Origin: a virus
Lineage: Duplodnaviria > Caudoviricetes
IMG/VR virus record: IMGVR_UViG_3300032038_000043
Location: 1-64,000 of that record
Direction: 5' to 3' (one strand)
DNA length: 64,000 nucleotides
This document shows, piece after piece, positions 28,197-37,583 of this stretch. Position numbers and translations under genes: made by a program. A model generated the notes under the pieces. The model was given only the letters and a program-made list of their open reading frames with translations, was not told the origin of the DNA and made no database searches. Position 1 is the first letter of the stretch. Each line of letters starts with the position of its first letter.

Positions 28197-31100
28197 TGGC
28201 GACGCAGACCGGGTCCATTGACTTCAAGGCTACCGGTGGTTTCAAGTCGTACGCATCAGGGCAGTACACCACCAAGACGGAAATGAGCGATGCCAAGACG
28301 TACGTGGCTAACGCCAAGGCCAACTACGGCTATCAGTACAAGAAGGACATCGTCATATACGGCGAGTCATCGAAGTATTACCCAGTCTACTTCACCAATG
28401 TCGGAGCCATTCCGCAGACGGTTACTCACGAGATAATGATACGCCGAGAGTACTCAGAGCAGGCACCGTCAGACTGGTACACGTCGACCCACAAGGGTGG
28501 TCTCAACATCCACTTCGGTTGGAACTTCGGTGGTTGGGGAGGTGCCACCTACAAGTGTGAGGTGTACGAGTTCACCCAGATGTACAGCACCATGGTCGGT
28601 GATGTTCTCGTTGGTGCTGACAATGGTATGTTCTCAATCGTGTATCTCCGTGGTGGCGGCACGACTGGTGCTCTGTATCACGTCTACAGTGACGTTCCGT
28701 TCACCCGTCACGCCTACATGACGAACGCTGGTGTCGTTGGCGAGAATGATGTCCCGTACATCGGTCTTGAGCAGGGGGTCAAGTATGCCCAGAGCACGAC
28801 TGGTGATAACCCGACATACAAGTGGAACGTCCGTGCTCCGCTGACAGCACCTAACACCGCGCACCTAAATGAGCTGTATACCGTTCAGAGGACTGCACTC
28901 ATCGAGTCGAGGGTTAGTACGACAGAGACGGCCATCGAGCAGAACAAGAACGACATTTTGCTCAAGGCAAATTCGTCTGATGTCTACACCAAGCAGGAGT
29001 CAGACGGACTCATAAGCACTGAGGTCACTAATCGCAATGCCGCAATTCAAGTTAGCGCCAACGCCATAAATCAGAGCGTTAGTGAGACATACACCACCAA
29101 AGAGGAATTCAACGACCTTGAGATTGGTGGGCGAAACTACGTTCTCGACACAAGCGGAGAGCGTTCGTGGGATACCGCAACGGAGACGTATTTCCTGTCT
29201 GATGCATTGAACGAACTGTCTACGTCAGACAACGTATGCCTAAACTTCGACATAAAGTCGACTATGGCTCAGTGGGCTGACGCGTACTACGTCTCAGCTC
29301 AAAGTGGCGGGTCATCGTACAACAACGCCAATAATCCGTTCCCAGCCATTCAAATCGCGGAGGCGAACAAGTGGTATCACGTAAGCTGGGAGGGTGGTGC
29401 TGGAAAGAACGTCGCAAATGCGCATTGCCTACGCATTCGTTCCAACAGCTCAGAACACGGCTCAAGTGCGAAAAAAGGCACCGTCACCGTCAAGAACCTA
29501 AAGCTAGAGAAAGGCAATAGACCAACCAGTTGGTCGCCAGCGCCAGAGGACATAGAAGCGCATTTCGTAGCCGTCGAGTCATCCATAACGCAGACGGCAG
29601 ACAGCATCACGGAATCAGTGTCAAAGAACTACACGACAAAGGAAGAGTCTAAGATAGACCGTTCTGGCTCTGGTACGTCGGCACTCGTAGACGGTGCAGC
29701 AAGTGCCACTCTCAAGGGTTTGCATATCCTCGGTGAGTCGGTTCAGGACGGGACGCCGACACCATCTACGCCTGTGGATATTCAGAGTGTGGGTGGCGTG
29801 AACCTGCTGCCGCCGACTGTACATAACATGGCGGTAGTTGCGCTTACGACCAGTTACATTTCTTCCAACCCAAGTTGGAGGGGAATGTGGTGCCAGTGCT
29901 TGCCGAATACGGACTACGTCGTGACGAGGGAAACCGTGACAGGCAACAGGTTCGCCGTCGTGTCCACGACGGAAGAGCCAGCCAACAACGTTCCATGCAC
30001 GGTACTCACGACGCTGGCGGCAAACACGACCGCGAAAACGTTATCGGTGACCACGCCATCTGACGCGAGATACCTGTTCATCTACCTTGCTAACAATGGA
30101 GCGACGATAGCGGCTGATGACATTGCGGTAGTCCCAGCGGAGCGGTTCGGCTACCCAATCGTCCCATACGGGTGCTTGGGAGTCTCTGTCGCTGGCAGCA
30201 ACCTGCTCACGTCCACCGAGGACATGAGCCATAACGTCAATAACGCTGCAAGCAATGGCAGCATCTCCTTCAGCGAAGGCACCGTGACTTGGACGACGAC
30301 CTCAACGGGGTGGCCGTACTTCGTTCTGACGAAGGACGCGATACCGATTGCGACGCTCGAAGAGTCCGACACGCTTACCTTATCGATTGACCTGAGGCAT
30401 GTCTCTGGAGGCAACAAAGTATCGCTACAGGTCTGCACTACCAACGCAGACCTAAACCCAAGCACCCGTAGGCGTTACATAAACGATGACGTCGTTATCG
30501 CTGGCTCGCGCACCGCGTACCCAACCTCAGAATGGGCGCGTTATACGGTCACCGTACCGACCGACATGAGCAAGTGGGACCGACAAGAGAGCGGCATAGA
30601 GTGCGCACTTGTTGCGAACCTCTACTACAACGATACGGGAACCATCGAAGTCAGGCATCCCCAACTCGAACTCGGCTCAGAGTCAAATGAATACGAGCCA
30701 TATAGCGGCACGGTAACCCCCATCCCACTCAACGGCCATGAGCTGCGCAGCCTGCCTGACGGCACGCAGGACGAGCTTACCGTTGATGTCGACGGTCATG
30801 TGACCATGACGCAGAGGGTTGGTGTCGTGGACCTCGGGACGCTCGGCTGGGCGAGCCTTTCATCGCCAGAGTCTCACGTGTTCAGGACGATTCCCAGCCT
30901 GACCAACATCGCCAAGCCGCAGAGCAACAACTACGCGGTCAGCGCCATATCCAATGAGTACGTGGCGAAAGCATACGCCCCAATCAGCGCGTCCGATGAC
31001 GGTCGTTTCGCGCTTAGCACCGATGGCAACTGTCTCGTCTTCATCGACCATCGCTTCTCCGATGTCGAGTCGTTCGCCGCCGCAGCAGCAAACGCCGTCA

Positions 31101-31768
31101 TGCAGTACAAGCTCGCCACTGAGCAGACCATCGACCTTGGCACCATCGACATGCCGCAGGTTCAGGACAGGGACACAATCGAGGTCATAGCAGCCGTCAC
31201 GCCGTCAATCGACGCTACGTGGTGGGCAGCGGCTGGTCAGGCCGTCGCGGACGCATACGCGAACCTATCCTCCGCAATCGAGGTCAGGGCCGAGTCAATC
31301 ACCTCCACCGTTGCCAGCAACTATGCGACAAAAGCTGCTGTCCAGGAAATATCGACGCAGATAGAGCAGACCGCGACTGGCTGGACAGCCAAGTTCAACC
31401 AGCTCACGGGTGGTGAAGACCTCACGATGACGCTTGCCGAGGCGTTCGAGTCACTTGGCGTTACCAGCGCGAACCTAGAGCAGATTCGCTCGTTCGTCCG
31501 AATAACCACGGACTCAAGCGGTGACCCCCTGCTCTTGATGGGTTCCGCGACGTCGCCAATCATGCTCGCGCTCAGCAACGACTCGCTTGAGTTCAGGCAC
31601 GGTGCCGACAGGGTCGCGTACATCGACGTTGACAGCGGGACGAACGAGGGCATGCTGCACATCACCCGCGCCGTGGTGGTCAAGGAGCTTCAGTTCGGTA
31701 GCTGGAAGTGGTTCGAGAGGGAGGGCAATGGCAACATGGCCCTCAAGTGGGTCGGTGAGGAGGAGTAA
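28196..31768 (+). CDS. minor tail / host-recognition protein with jelly-roll carbohydrate-binding-like domains
   Basis: IGGRNY...KLEKGNRPTSWSPAPED and QLELGSESNEYEPY module borders, coiled ITQTADSIT spacers. Confidence 0.8.
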   Translation: MATQTGSIDFKATGGFKSYASGQYTTKTEMSDAKTYVANAKANYGYQYKKDIVIYGESSKYYPVYFTNVGAIPQTVTHEIMIRREYSEQAPSDWYTSTHKGGLNIHFGWNFGGWGGATYKCEVYEFTQMYSTMVGDVLVGADNGMFSIVYLRGGGTTGALYHVYSDVPFTRHAYMTNAGVVGENDVPYIGLEQGVKYAQSTTGDNPTYKWNVRAPLTAPNTAHLNELYTVQRTALIESRVSTTETAIEQNKNDILLKANSSDVYTKQESDGLISTEVTNRNAAIQVSANAINQSVSETYTTKEEFNDLEIGGRNYVLDTSGERSWDTATETYFLSDALNELSTSDNVCLNFDIKSTMAQWADAYYVSAQSGGSSYNNANNPFPAIQIAEANKWYHVSWEGGAGKNVANAHCLRIRSNSSEHGSSAKKGTVTVKNLKLEKGNRPTSWSPAPEDIEAHFVAVESSITQTADSITESVSKNYTTKEESKIDRSGSGTSALVDGAASATLKGLHILGESVQDGTPTPSTPVDIQSVGGVNLLPPTVHNMAVVALTTSYISSNPSWRGMWCQCLPNTDYVVTRETVTGNRFAVVSTTEEPANNVPCTVLTTLAANTTAKTLSVTTPSDARYLFIYLANNGATIAADDIAVVPAERFGYPIVPYGCLGVSVAGSNLLTSTEDMSHNVNNAASNGSISFSEGTVTWTTTSTGWPYFVLTKDAIPIATLEESDTLTLSIDLRHVSGGNKVSLQVCTTNADLNPSTRRRYINDDVVIAGSRTAYPTSEWARYTVTVPTDMSKWDRQESGIECALVANLYYNDTGTIEVRHPQLELGSESNEYEPYSGTVTPIPLNGHELRSLPDGTQDELTVDVDGHVTMTQRVGVVDLGTLGWASLSSPESHVFRTIPSLTNIAKPQSNNYAVSAISNEYVAKAYAPISASDDGRFALSTDGNCLVFIDHRFSDVESFAAAAANAVMQYKLATEQTIDLGTIDMPQVQDRDTIEVIAAVTPSIDATWWAAAGQAVADAYANLSSAIEVRAESITSTVASNYATKAAVQEISTQIEQTATGWTAKFNQLTGGEDLTMTLAEAFESLGVTSANLEQIRSFVRITTDSSGDPLLLMGSATSPIMLALSNDSLEFRHGADRVAYIDVDSGTNEGMLHITRAVVVKELQFGSWKWFEREGNGNMALKWVGEEE

Positions 31769-33999
31769 TGGCAGAGCTAAGCAAATATGGCCCTTGGGTC
31801 GGCGGTGATGACTGGCGCTCATGGGTAGGACTCACCGTTACATCGAGCACAGCGACTCAGGTGACGTTCAAGGTTCGCGGCTGGATGGACGTTGGCGCTG
31901 GCGGCGACTCCGACAACGCATCGAACATCAAGGGCTGGGTTGGCTACGAGCTCAACGGTAAGCAGACATGGGGTTCCGAGCACAACGTCGGTGACTTCGA
32001 CCCCAATGGCGGCTGGTACTACGACACTGGCAAGTCTTGGACGATAAGCAGGACGAAGTCCGACCAGACCCTATGGGGTGGTGCTTGGGTTCAGGCGTAT
32101 GCTGGAGTCTACAATGGTTCCGTGTCAAAGGCTTGGGTGTCCGTAAACATCTCGCCGATAACGCACTACACCGTCTCGTTCAACGCCAACGGCGGCTCAG
32201 GAGCGCCGTCAGCCCAGACGAAGTGGTACGGCGAGACGCTTGCGCTCAGCTCCACAAAGCCAACCAGAACGGGATACACGTTCAGCGGTTGGAACACCAA
32301 GTCTGACGGAAGCGGAACTAACTACGCATCTGGCGGTAACTACACAGGCAACGCTGCACTGACGCTTTACGCCAAGTGGACGGCAATTACCTACACGATA
32401 ACCTACAAGTCGAACTACACTGGCGGCGCGGCAGACCAGACCCAGAGCAAGACATACGGGGTGAACGCGACCATCAAGGCCGCTAACACATTCTCAAGGA
32501 CGCACTACTCGTTCAAGACTTGGAACACAGCGGCAAACGGTTCTGGCAGTACCGTTGCCGCTGGTTCGACTTACTCTACCAATGCGGCCCTGACGCTCTA
32601 CGCCCAATGGCAGATAATCACGTTCCAAGTCACGTACAACGCGAACGGTGGCTCTGGAGCACCAGCCGCCCAGACAAAGAACTCAGGAACGAACATAACC
32701 CTGTCAAAGACAGCTCCGTCCAGAACAGGGTACACGTTCCTTGGTTGGGCCATGTCATCGACGGCAACGGAACCAGCCGCTGCATCGGCCAACTACGGAA
32801 ACAAGGCCCTCACAGCCGCGAACATGGCCGCTGGTGTGACATACAGCGGCAACGCAGCTCTCACCCTATACGCCGTCTGGAAGGTGGCCGCACCTACTCT
32901 GGACATCGTTAGCGTGTACAGAGCCGATGACTCATGGAACCCATCCGACGATGGAAAGAAGGCCATCGTCACCGTCAATGCAGAGAGCAGGACTGGTTCA
33001 AACCTCTCGTTCAGCTGCACGGTGGGGAACACAACCGTATCATCCCCGTCAGCGACATCGGGGACGATGAGGACGTTCCAGCTCAACCCAAACCTATCGG
33101 CAGACCAATCATATGCCGTGTCGGTCACGACAAGCGACACCAACGGCTCAACGACGAAGACATCCGTAATCCAGACCGCGTGGTACGCAATCGACATCCT
33201 CAGAGGCGGTCACGGAATAGCCTTCGGCAAGACATCGTCCGTGCCGTACCTCGCAGACTTCGGAATGGCCGTCCGTTCAGACACAGGCATGACCATCGCA
33301 CATGGTGACACGAGCAAAAGCGCCACCTTCACATCGACTCGAAGCGACACAAACAAGTCAATTAGTTTTGGCGTTGGCGATGATGGCGTGAACCGAGGCA
33401 TATGGGACGTTCCGCTAAACAAATGGGTTCTCTACGTCGACTCAAGCGGGAACACCAACGTGTCAGGATTGACCACTGGCAGCATACCATCGCTTGCGGC
33501 TGACAAGATAAGCAGTGGCACGTTTGACGCAGCACGTATCCCAAGTCTAGCGGCGAGCAAGATAGGCAGCGGACAACTTGCGGTTGCGAGGGGCGGTACT
33601 GGTGCCGCTACCGCTTCGGCCAACAAGGTCTTCGCAGGCCCGTCATCTGGTAGTGCAGCAGCACCTTCTTTCAGGTCGCTTGAGACCGCAGACCTGCCTA
33701 CCGTGTCGTTCACATCCCTAGGCACAACGTCTGGGGAGAAAACAATAAACATAAACTGCTCCGGTTACGCATGGATTCTGGTTCGTGCGTACTACTCGAC
33801 AACCTACTGGTCGACAATCATAGTCCCGACTGGCCAGCTTGACGCAAGCACCTACCGAGACTTCTACCTTGGAGGAGGTTGGTGGTCAAGCGGTTACGGC
33901 GCCTCCTTTAAGGCAATCAAAACCAAGTTCACGCCGTATAAGGGTGTTGTTGGAAGCACCACTCGCGAAATGAACTGGGCGATATGGGGAATCAAGTAA
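31768..33999 (+). CDS. tail protein with three Listeria-Bacteroides (InlB B-type) repeats
   Basis: YTVSFNANGGSGAP...PTRTGYTFSGWNT...LTLYAKW, three copies. Confidence 0.85.
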   Translation: MAELSKYGPWVGGDDWRSWVGLTVTSSTATQVTFKVRGWMDVGAGGDSDNASNIKGWVGYELNGKQTWGSEHNVGDFDPNGGWYYDTGKSWTISRTKSDQTLWGGAWVQAYAGVYNGSVSKAWVSVNISPITHYTVSFNANGGSGAPSAQTKWYGETLALSSTKPTRTGYTFSGWNTKSDGSGTNYASGGNYTGNAALTLYAKWTAITYTITYKSNYTGGAADQTQSKTYGVNATIKAANTFSRTHYSFKTWNTAANGSGSTVAAGSTYSTNAALTLYAQWQIITFQVTYNANGGSGAPAAQTKNSGTNITLSKTAPSRTGYTFLGWAMSSTATEPAAASANYGNKALTAANMAAGVTYSGNAALTLYAVWKVAAPTLDIVSVYRADDSWNPSDDGKKAIVTVNAESRTGSNLSFSCTVGNTTVSSPSATSGTMRTFQLNPNLSADQSYAVSVTTSDTNGSTTKTSVIQTAWYAIDILRGGHGIAFGKTSSVPYLADFGMAVRSDTGMTIAHGDTSKSATFTSTRSDTNKSISFGVGDDGVNRGIWDVPLNKWVLYVDSSGNTNVSGLTTGSIPSLAADKISSGTFDAARIPSLAASKIGSGQLAVARGGTGAATASANKVFAGPSSGSAAAPSFRSLETADLPTVSFTSLGTTSGEKTININCSGYAWILVRAYYSTTYWSTIIVPTGQLDASTYRDFYLGGGWWSSGYGASFKAIKTKFTPYKGVVGSTTREMNWAIWGIK

Positions 34000-34010
34000 A
34001 GGAGAAAACC

Positions 34011-34613
34011 ATGCTCAGGAGAAACGTGTTGATTGACGGCAAGATATACGACACCCATGAGATTGTGCTCATCACGAACAACCTTGCCACAAACGAGACG
34101 GTCATAACCGTGGCGAGCAGCAACGCCGAGGAGAGAATCGAGCGCTCCACGGCACTAGTCCTCATGGACGGACTGACAATCGCGGATGCAGAGGAGGTCG
34201 CTTGGTCGCTTGAGAGGTACAGCGAGTACGTAGACGAGAGCGAAGAGCTTCTCAATGACGTGCTTGACATCCTCACCGACGAACAGGCAGAGCAGGTTCC
34301 GCAGGCGTTCAAGGAGTGGGAGGTCGGTGCAGCATACAAGGTCGGTGACCGCAGACGTTACGATGGCAAGCTCTATCGTTGTGTTCAAGCCCACACGTCG
34401 CAGGAAGGCTGGGAGCCGCCCAATGTGCCAGCGCTCTGGACTAGGACGGCTCCAGAGGGCGAGATTCCCGACTGGGTTCAGCCCACTGGCGCTCAGGACG
34501 CCTACAACACCGGCGACAAGGTCCGTTTCGATGGCGACGTCTACGAGTCGCTCATGGACGGCAACGTATGGTCTCCGGCAGACTACCCTCAGGGATGGCG
34601 TAAGGTCGAGTAG
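34011..34613 (+). CDS. protein with two CBM5/12-like carbohydrate-binding modules
   Basis: WEVGAAYKVGDRRRYDGKLY...PALW and WVQPTGAQDAYNTGDKV...NVWSP. Confidence 0.85.
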   Translation: MLRRNVLIDGKIYDTHEIVLITNNLATNETVITVASSNAEERIERSTALVLMDGLTIADAEEVAWSLERYSEYVDESEELLNDVLDILTDEQAEQVPQAFKEWEVGAAYKVGDRRRYDGKLYRCVQAHTSQEGWEPPNVPALWTRTAPEGEIPDWVQPTGAQDAYNTGDKVRFDGDVYESLMDGNVWSPADYPQGWRKVE

Positions 34614-34663
34614 CGCAACGTAAGCAACCATGGCAGGAACGGCCTGCCAGTGAGGAGGGCTAG

Positions 34664-35191
34664 ATGCCCATTGACGTGCAGCCGTTCCTGCAATGGGCGG
34701 CACCGATACTGTCAACCATCATAGTGACCATCACCACGGCGTCAATCAACGCGAAGATTGCGTCGGGCGAGAAGAAGCGCGACGAGGCCCGTTCCGAGCG
34801 CGACGAGGAGCGCAAGCGCGTCGAGGAGTGGCGCAAGCGCGTCGAGGAGCAGCTGCGCACGCATGGCGAGTTCATCGCCGAGCGCGACGACTGGTTCGAG
34901 TGGCGAAAGAGAATCGAGGACGAGTTCTCTGCGCAGAACAACAAGACAGACGTCATCCTCGAGCTCCAATGCTCGCAGATACGCAGCGACCTCGTCCATC
35001 GTGCGCATCGCTATATCGACGACCTCGGATGTGCGAGCACGGAGGAGAAGAACGCCTTCTGGGCTCAGTACGAGGATTACCAGCGCGTATGCGCGGCGAA
35101 CGGAATCGAGAACCACTTCATCGACGGGCTCGCGAAGCAAGTCATGAACTTGCCGACGCGAGAAATGCGTGCAGAGAACAACGATGACTAG
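34664..35191 (+). CDS. membrane-anchored coiled-coil lysis-cassette protein (holin-like)
   Basis: One N-terminal TM helix, coiled coil, upstream of holin. Confidence 0.6.
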   Translation: MPIDVQPFLQWAAPILSTIIVTITTASINAKIASGEKKRDEARSERDEERKRVEEWRKRVEEQLRTHGEFIAERDDWFEWRKRIEDEFSAQNNKTDVILELQCSQIRSDLVHRAHRYIDDLGCASTEEKNAFWAQYEDYQRVCAANGIENHFIDGLAKQVMNLPTREMRAENNDD

Positions 35192-35210
35192 GGCCCTTCG
35201 GGGCCTTTCT
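35190..35210 (+). terminator. weak hairpin terminator
   Basis: AGGGCCC-TTCG-GGCCT then TTCT. Confidence 0.4.
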
Positions 35211-35246
35211 ATTACCCACGGGCTTCGGCCCAGTAAGGAGGCTCTC

Positions 35247-35486
35247 ATGAGCTATCAGGACGACATCAAGGCGTGGGCAATCGCGGCGGGCATGAGGGCC
35301 TTCAAGACCTTTTGTCAGACCTCGGTGGCCCTCATCGGCACCAACGCCATCGGCGTCACCGACGTGAACTGGGTCGGCGTCGCCTCCGGCGCGGCGCTCG
35401 CCGCCATCGTCAGCCTGCTCACCAGCGCGGCTGGCATCCCCGAGGTGAGCAACGGCGAGAGTGCGTTCACCATCGCCAACCGCTAA
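35247..35486 (+). CDS. holin (r1t family)
   Basis: RAFKTFCQT...VSLLTSAAGIPE; AAGGAGG RBS. Confidence 0.9.
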   Translation: MSYQDDIKAWAIAAGMRAFKTFCQTSVALIGTNAIGVTDVNWVGVASGAALAAIVSLLTSAAGIPEVSNGESAFTIANR

Positions 35487-35510
35487 CCTGCACACACATA
35501 AGCATCCGTC

Positions 35511-35538
35511 AGGGGCCCTTCGGGGCCCCTTTTTTGTT
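35511..35538 (+). terminator. intrinsic terminator between holin and endolysin
   Basis: AGGGGCCC-TTCG-GGGCCCCT followed by a T run. Confidence 0.8.
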
Positions 35539-35550
35539 AAGGAGGACAAC

Positions 35551-36303
35551 ATGGCCACAGGAGCTGACGTCATCCGCATCGCGAAGGCGGAGCTCGGCAC
35601 GAGCTCTGGCCGCAAGTACTGGGACTACATCTTTGGCGGCGGCTACGTCAACGGCAACGCGACCCCATGGTGCGCGTGCTTCGTCTCGTGGTGCCTCAAC
35701 CAGGCCAACGTGCAGTGCGCGACTTTCCCTCGCGCCACAGCGATTGACCGCTACGACATCCCCGACTCCGAGATTGTGGAGCCCAAGGACATGAGGCAGG
35801 GCGACCCCGTCGGCTTCGACTGGGACGGCGACACCACGGGCGACCACATCGGCATCTTCGACGAGTGGTACAACTCCACGCAGTTCTGGGCCGTCGAGGG
35901 CAACACCTCTGGCGGCACCGTCGCACGTAGGCTCAGGGACATCTCGCAGGTCACATGCGCCGTCAGGCCGAGGTACACCGACTCGGGCGAGTGGCGCGTC
36001 AAGGACGGCCGCTGGTGGTACCGCCACGCGGACGGCTCGTACACCACGGACGGCTGGGAGTTCATCGCGAACGAGTGGTACTTCTTCGACTCGGAGGGAT
36101 GGCTCAAGTCTGGCTGGCTCAAGTGGGGCGACGACTGGTACTGGCTGTGGAACAAGCATGACGGCCACTTCGGCGAGATGGCGCACTCCAAGTGCGTCGA
36201 GGTCGACGGCAAGTGGTACGCATTCGACTCGACGGGTGCCATGCTCACCAGCGTCAAGGTCAACGACCAGCATGACGGCACGTTCGGGTGCCTCGTCCTA
36301 TGA
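35551..36303 (+). CDS. endolysin: CHAP domain plus choline-binding-type repeats
   Basis: PWCACFVSW, HIGI, VEGNT; GWEFIANEWYFFDSEGW repeats. Confidence 0.92.
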   Translation: MATGADVIRIAKAELGTSSGRKYWDYIFGGGYVNGNATPWCACFVSWCLNQANVQCATFPRATAIDRYDIPDSEIVEPKDMRQGDPVGFDWDGDTTGDHIGIFDEWYNSTQFWAVEGNTSGGTVARRLRDISQVTCAVRPRYTDSGEWRVKDGRWWYRHADGSYTTDGWEFIANEWYFFDSEGWLKSGWLKWGDDWYWLWNKHDGHFGEMAHSKCVEVDGKWYAFDSTGAMLTSVKVNDQHDGTFGCLVL

Positions 36304-36515
36304 GGCTCGAGGTGCAGTGCCCGCTCTGCGGACACATGATGGAGCCCATGCCCGCGACGGAGTGGAGCCTCTTCGGCCAAGGTGCCGTGGAGATGCTCTG
36401 CCCGAACTGCACGTACACCGAGGATGTCTACTTCTCGACGAGGAAGGTCGGGCAAAAGGTGTCGCCCGATGGTGGTACAATGAAGTTCCCGACTACCGAG
36501 CGTAGCGCGGGTTAA
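36300..36515 (+). CDS. small zinc-ribbon protein
   Basis: CPLC...CPNC; ATGA overlap with the endolysin stop. Confidence 0.55.
   Translation: MRLEVQCPLCGHMMEPMPATEWSLFGQGAVEMLCPNCTYTEDVYFSTRKVGQKVSPDGGTMKFPTTERSAG
36473..36481 (+). promoter_or_regulatory. extended -10 promoter for the RNA cluster
   Basis: TG-G-TACAAT immediately before the structured RNA and tRNAs. Confidence 0.55.
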
Positions 36516-36607
36516 GAGGACGGGAGTCGCGACCCGCCCTCGGACCTGAAACCCCGAGAGGGGGAGTAGGGGACACTAGGGGCGTCGGGCATATCCTGAC
36601 GCCTCCT
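36485..36607 (+). ncRNA. candidate structured RNA of unknown family
   Basis: Closing stems GTTCC/GGGAC and CTAC/GTAG; internal GAGG-A-CGGG/CCCG-C-CCTC; CCCC-GAGA-GGGG; second hairpin 36578-36607. Confidence 0.45.
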
Positions 36608-36610
36608 CTC

Positions 36611-36695
36611 GGACATGTGGCAGAGCGGTAATGCAGCGGATTGCTAATCCGCACACGGCCAACGTCGTGCGTAGGTTCGAGTCCTACCGTGTCCG
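36611..36695 (+). tRNA. tRNA-Ser(GCU)
   Basis: Acceptor GGACATG/CGTGTCC, loop TTGCTAA, long variable arm, G73, CCA not encoded. Confidence 0.92.
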
Positions 36696-36700
36696 CCTAT

Positions 36701-36789
36701 GGAAGGCACCCGCAGACGGCGTGCGGAACTGTCTTGAAAACAGCAGGTCGCAGAGATGCGGCCCGGGGGTTCGACTCCCTCGCCTTCCG
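36701..36789 (+). tRNA. tRNA-Ser(UGA), atypical D arm
   Basis: Acceptor GGAAGGC/GCCTTCC, loop CTTGAAA, long variable arm, TTCGACT, G73. Confidence 0.85.
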
Positions 36790-36851
36790 CCTCATAGAGC
36801 ATGCTTGCCGACAACGCGCCGCCTGCGGCGCTTCCAACGTGGATAGGCAAC

Positions 36852-36896
36852 AAAAAAGGCCCCCTACCCGGGATTGTCCGGGTAGGGGGCCTTTTT
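36852..36896. terminator. bidirectional intrinsic terminator between late and early arms
   Basis: A6-GGCCCCCTACCCGG...CCGGGTAGGGGGCC-T5. Confidence 0.92.
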
Positions 36897-36920
36897 GTGT
36901 CTCGACGCAAGCTTGTGGCA

Positions 36921-37376
36921 TCACTTCATGCCAGGCACCTTCTCGTTGGGCATGATTCGTCTCCCGCACACTGGACAGTAGTTCACTGGCATCGAGAACC
37001 CGAACACGTAGCTCTCGGTCATCTCGACCCTGAACTCGATGAATGGCTCGATGGGCGCGTGCACCATCCTGACCTTCACCCGCTCGTCCCAAGTCTCCGT
37101 CAAGTCGCCGAACCCTGCCCGGCCCGCCCTCATGCAGAAGTCGCAGCCGACCTCCCTGCCAGTGTCCGAGTCGCAGACGTCGAAGCCGCCAGCCCTCAGG
37201 TGGGGGCGGATTCCAAGCAGTATGTTGTGCTTGTCATCGGGGCTCGACTTGCAGAACCTCTTCGCGAACCACGTCCCGACGCCTTGGACGAACTCGGCAA
37301 GCCTGTCACGCGAGTCGGCGTCGGAGCCGAGCGCGTCAAGCACGTCGTGCGTGTCGAACATGAGTGGCATTCCCAT
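36921..37376 (-). CDS. hypothetical zinc-binding protein
   Basis: CDFC...YCPVCGRRI; GAGGAGG RBS. Confidence 0.7.
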   Translation of the reverse strand: MGMPLMFDTHDVLDALGSDADSRDRLAEFVQGVGTWFAKRFCKSSPDDKHNILLGIRPHLRAGGFDVCDSDTGREVGCDFCMRAGRAGFGDLTETWDERVKVRMVHAPIEPFIEFRVEMTESYVFGFSMPVNYCPVCGRRIMPNEKVPGMK

Positions 37377-37397
37377 ACATCCTCCTCAGTACCATGC

Positions 37398-37583
37398 CTA
37401 CTCGAAGTCGCTCCACTTCATGTCAAACGTGTCAATGAGCCATCGCTTGAGCATCTTGCTCGCCGTGACCGCGAACGCAAAGAGCGTCGAGCCTATGAGG
37501 TATACCAGCGGCACGAGTGTCACGACGAACAGGGCGACGGCGGCCATGATGCCAGCGACGGTGGCGAGTGACGGCTCCATCAT
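37398..37583 (-). CDS. small membrane protein
   Basis: Long hydrophobic stretch, coupled ORF. Confidence 0.6.
   Translation of the reverse strand: MMEPSLATVAGIMAAVALFVVTLVPLVYLIGSTLFAFAVTASKMLKRWLIDTFDMKWSDFE

Noticed and set aside
36701-36789. tRNA-Sec or stop-codon suppressor
   Set aside because: Anticodon reads UGA (decodes UCA, Ser) and the acceptor stem is 7 bp; genes terminate normally at TGA/TAG/TAA, so there is no sign of recoding
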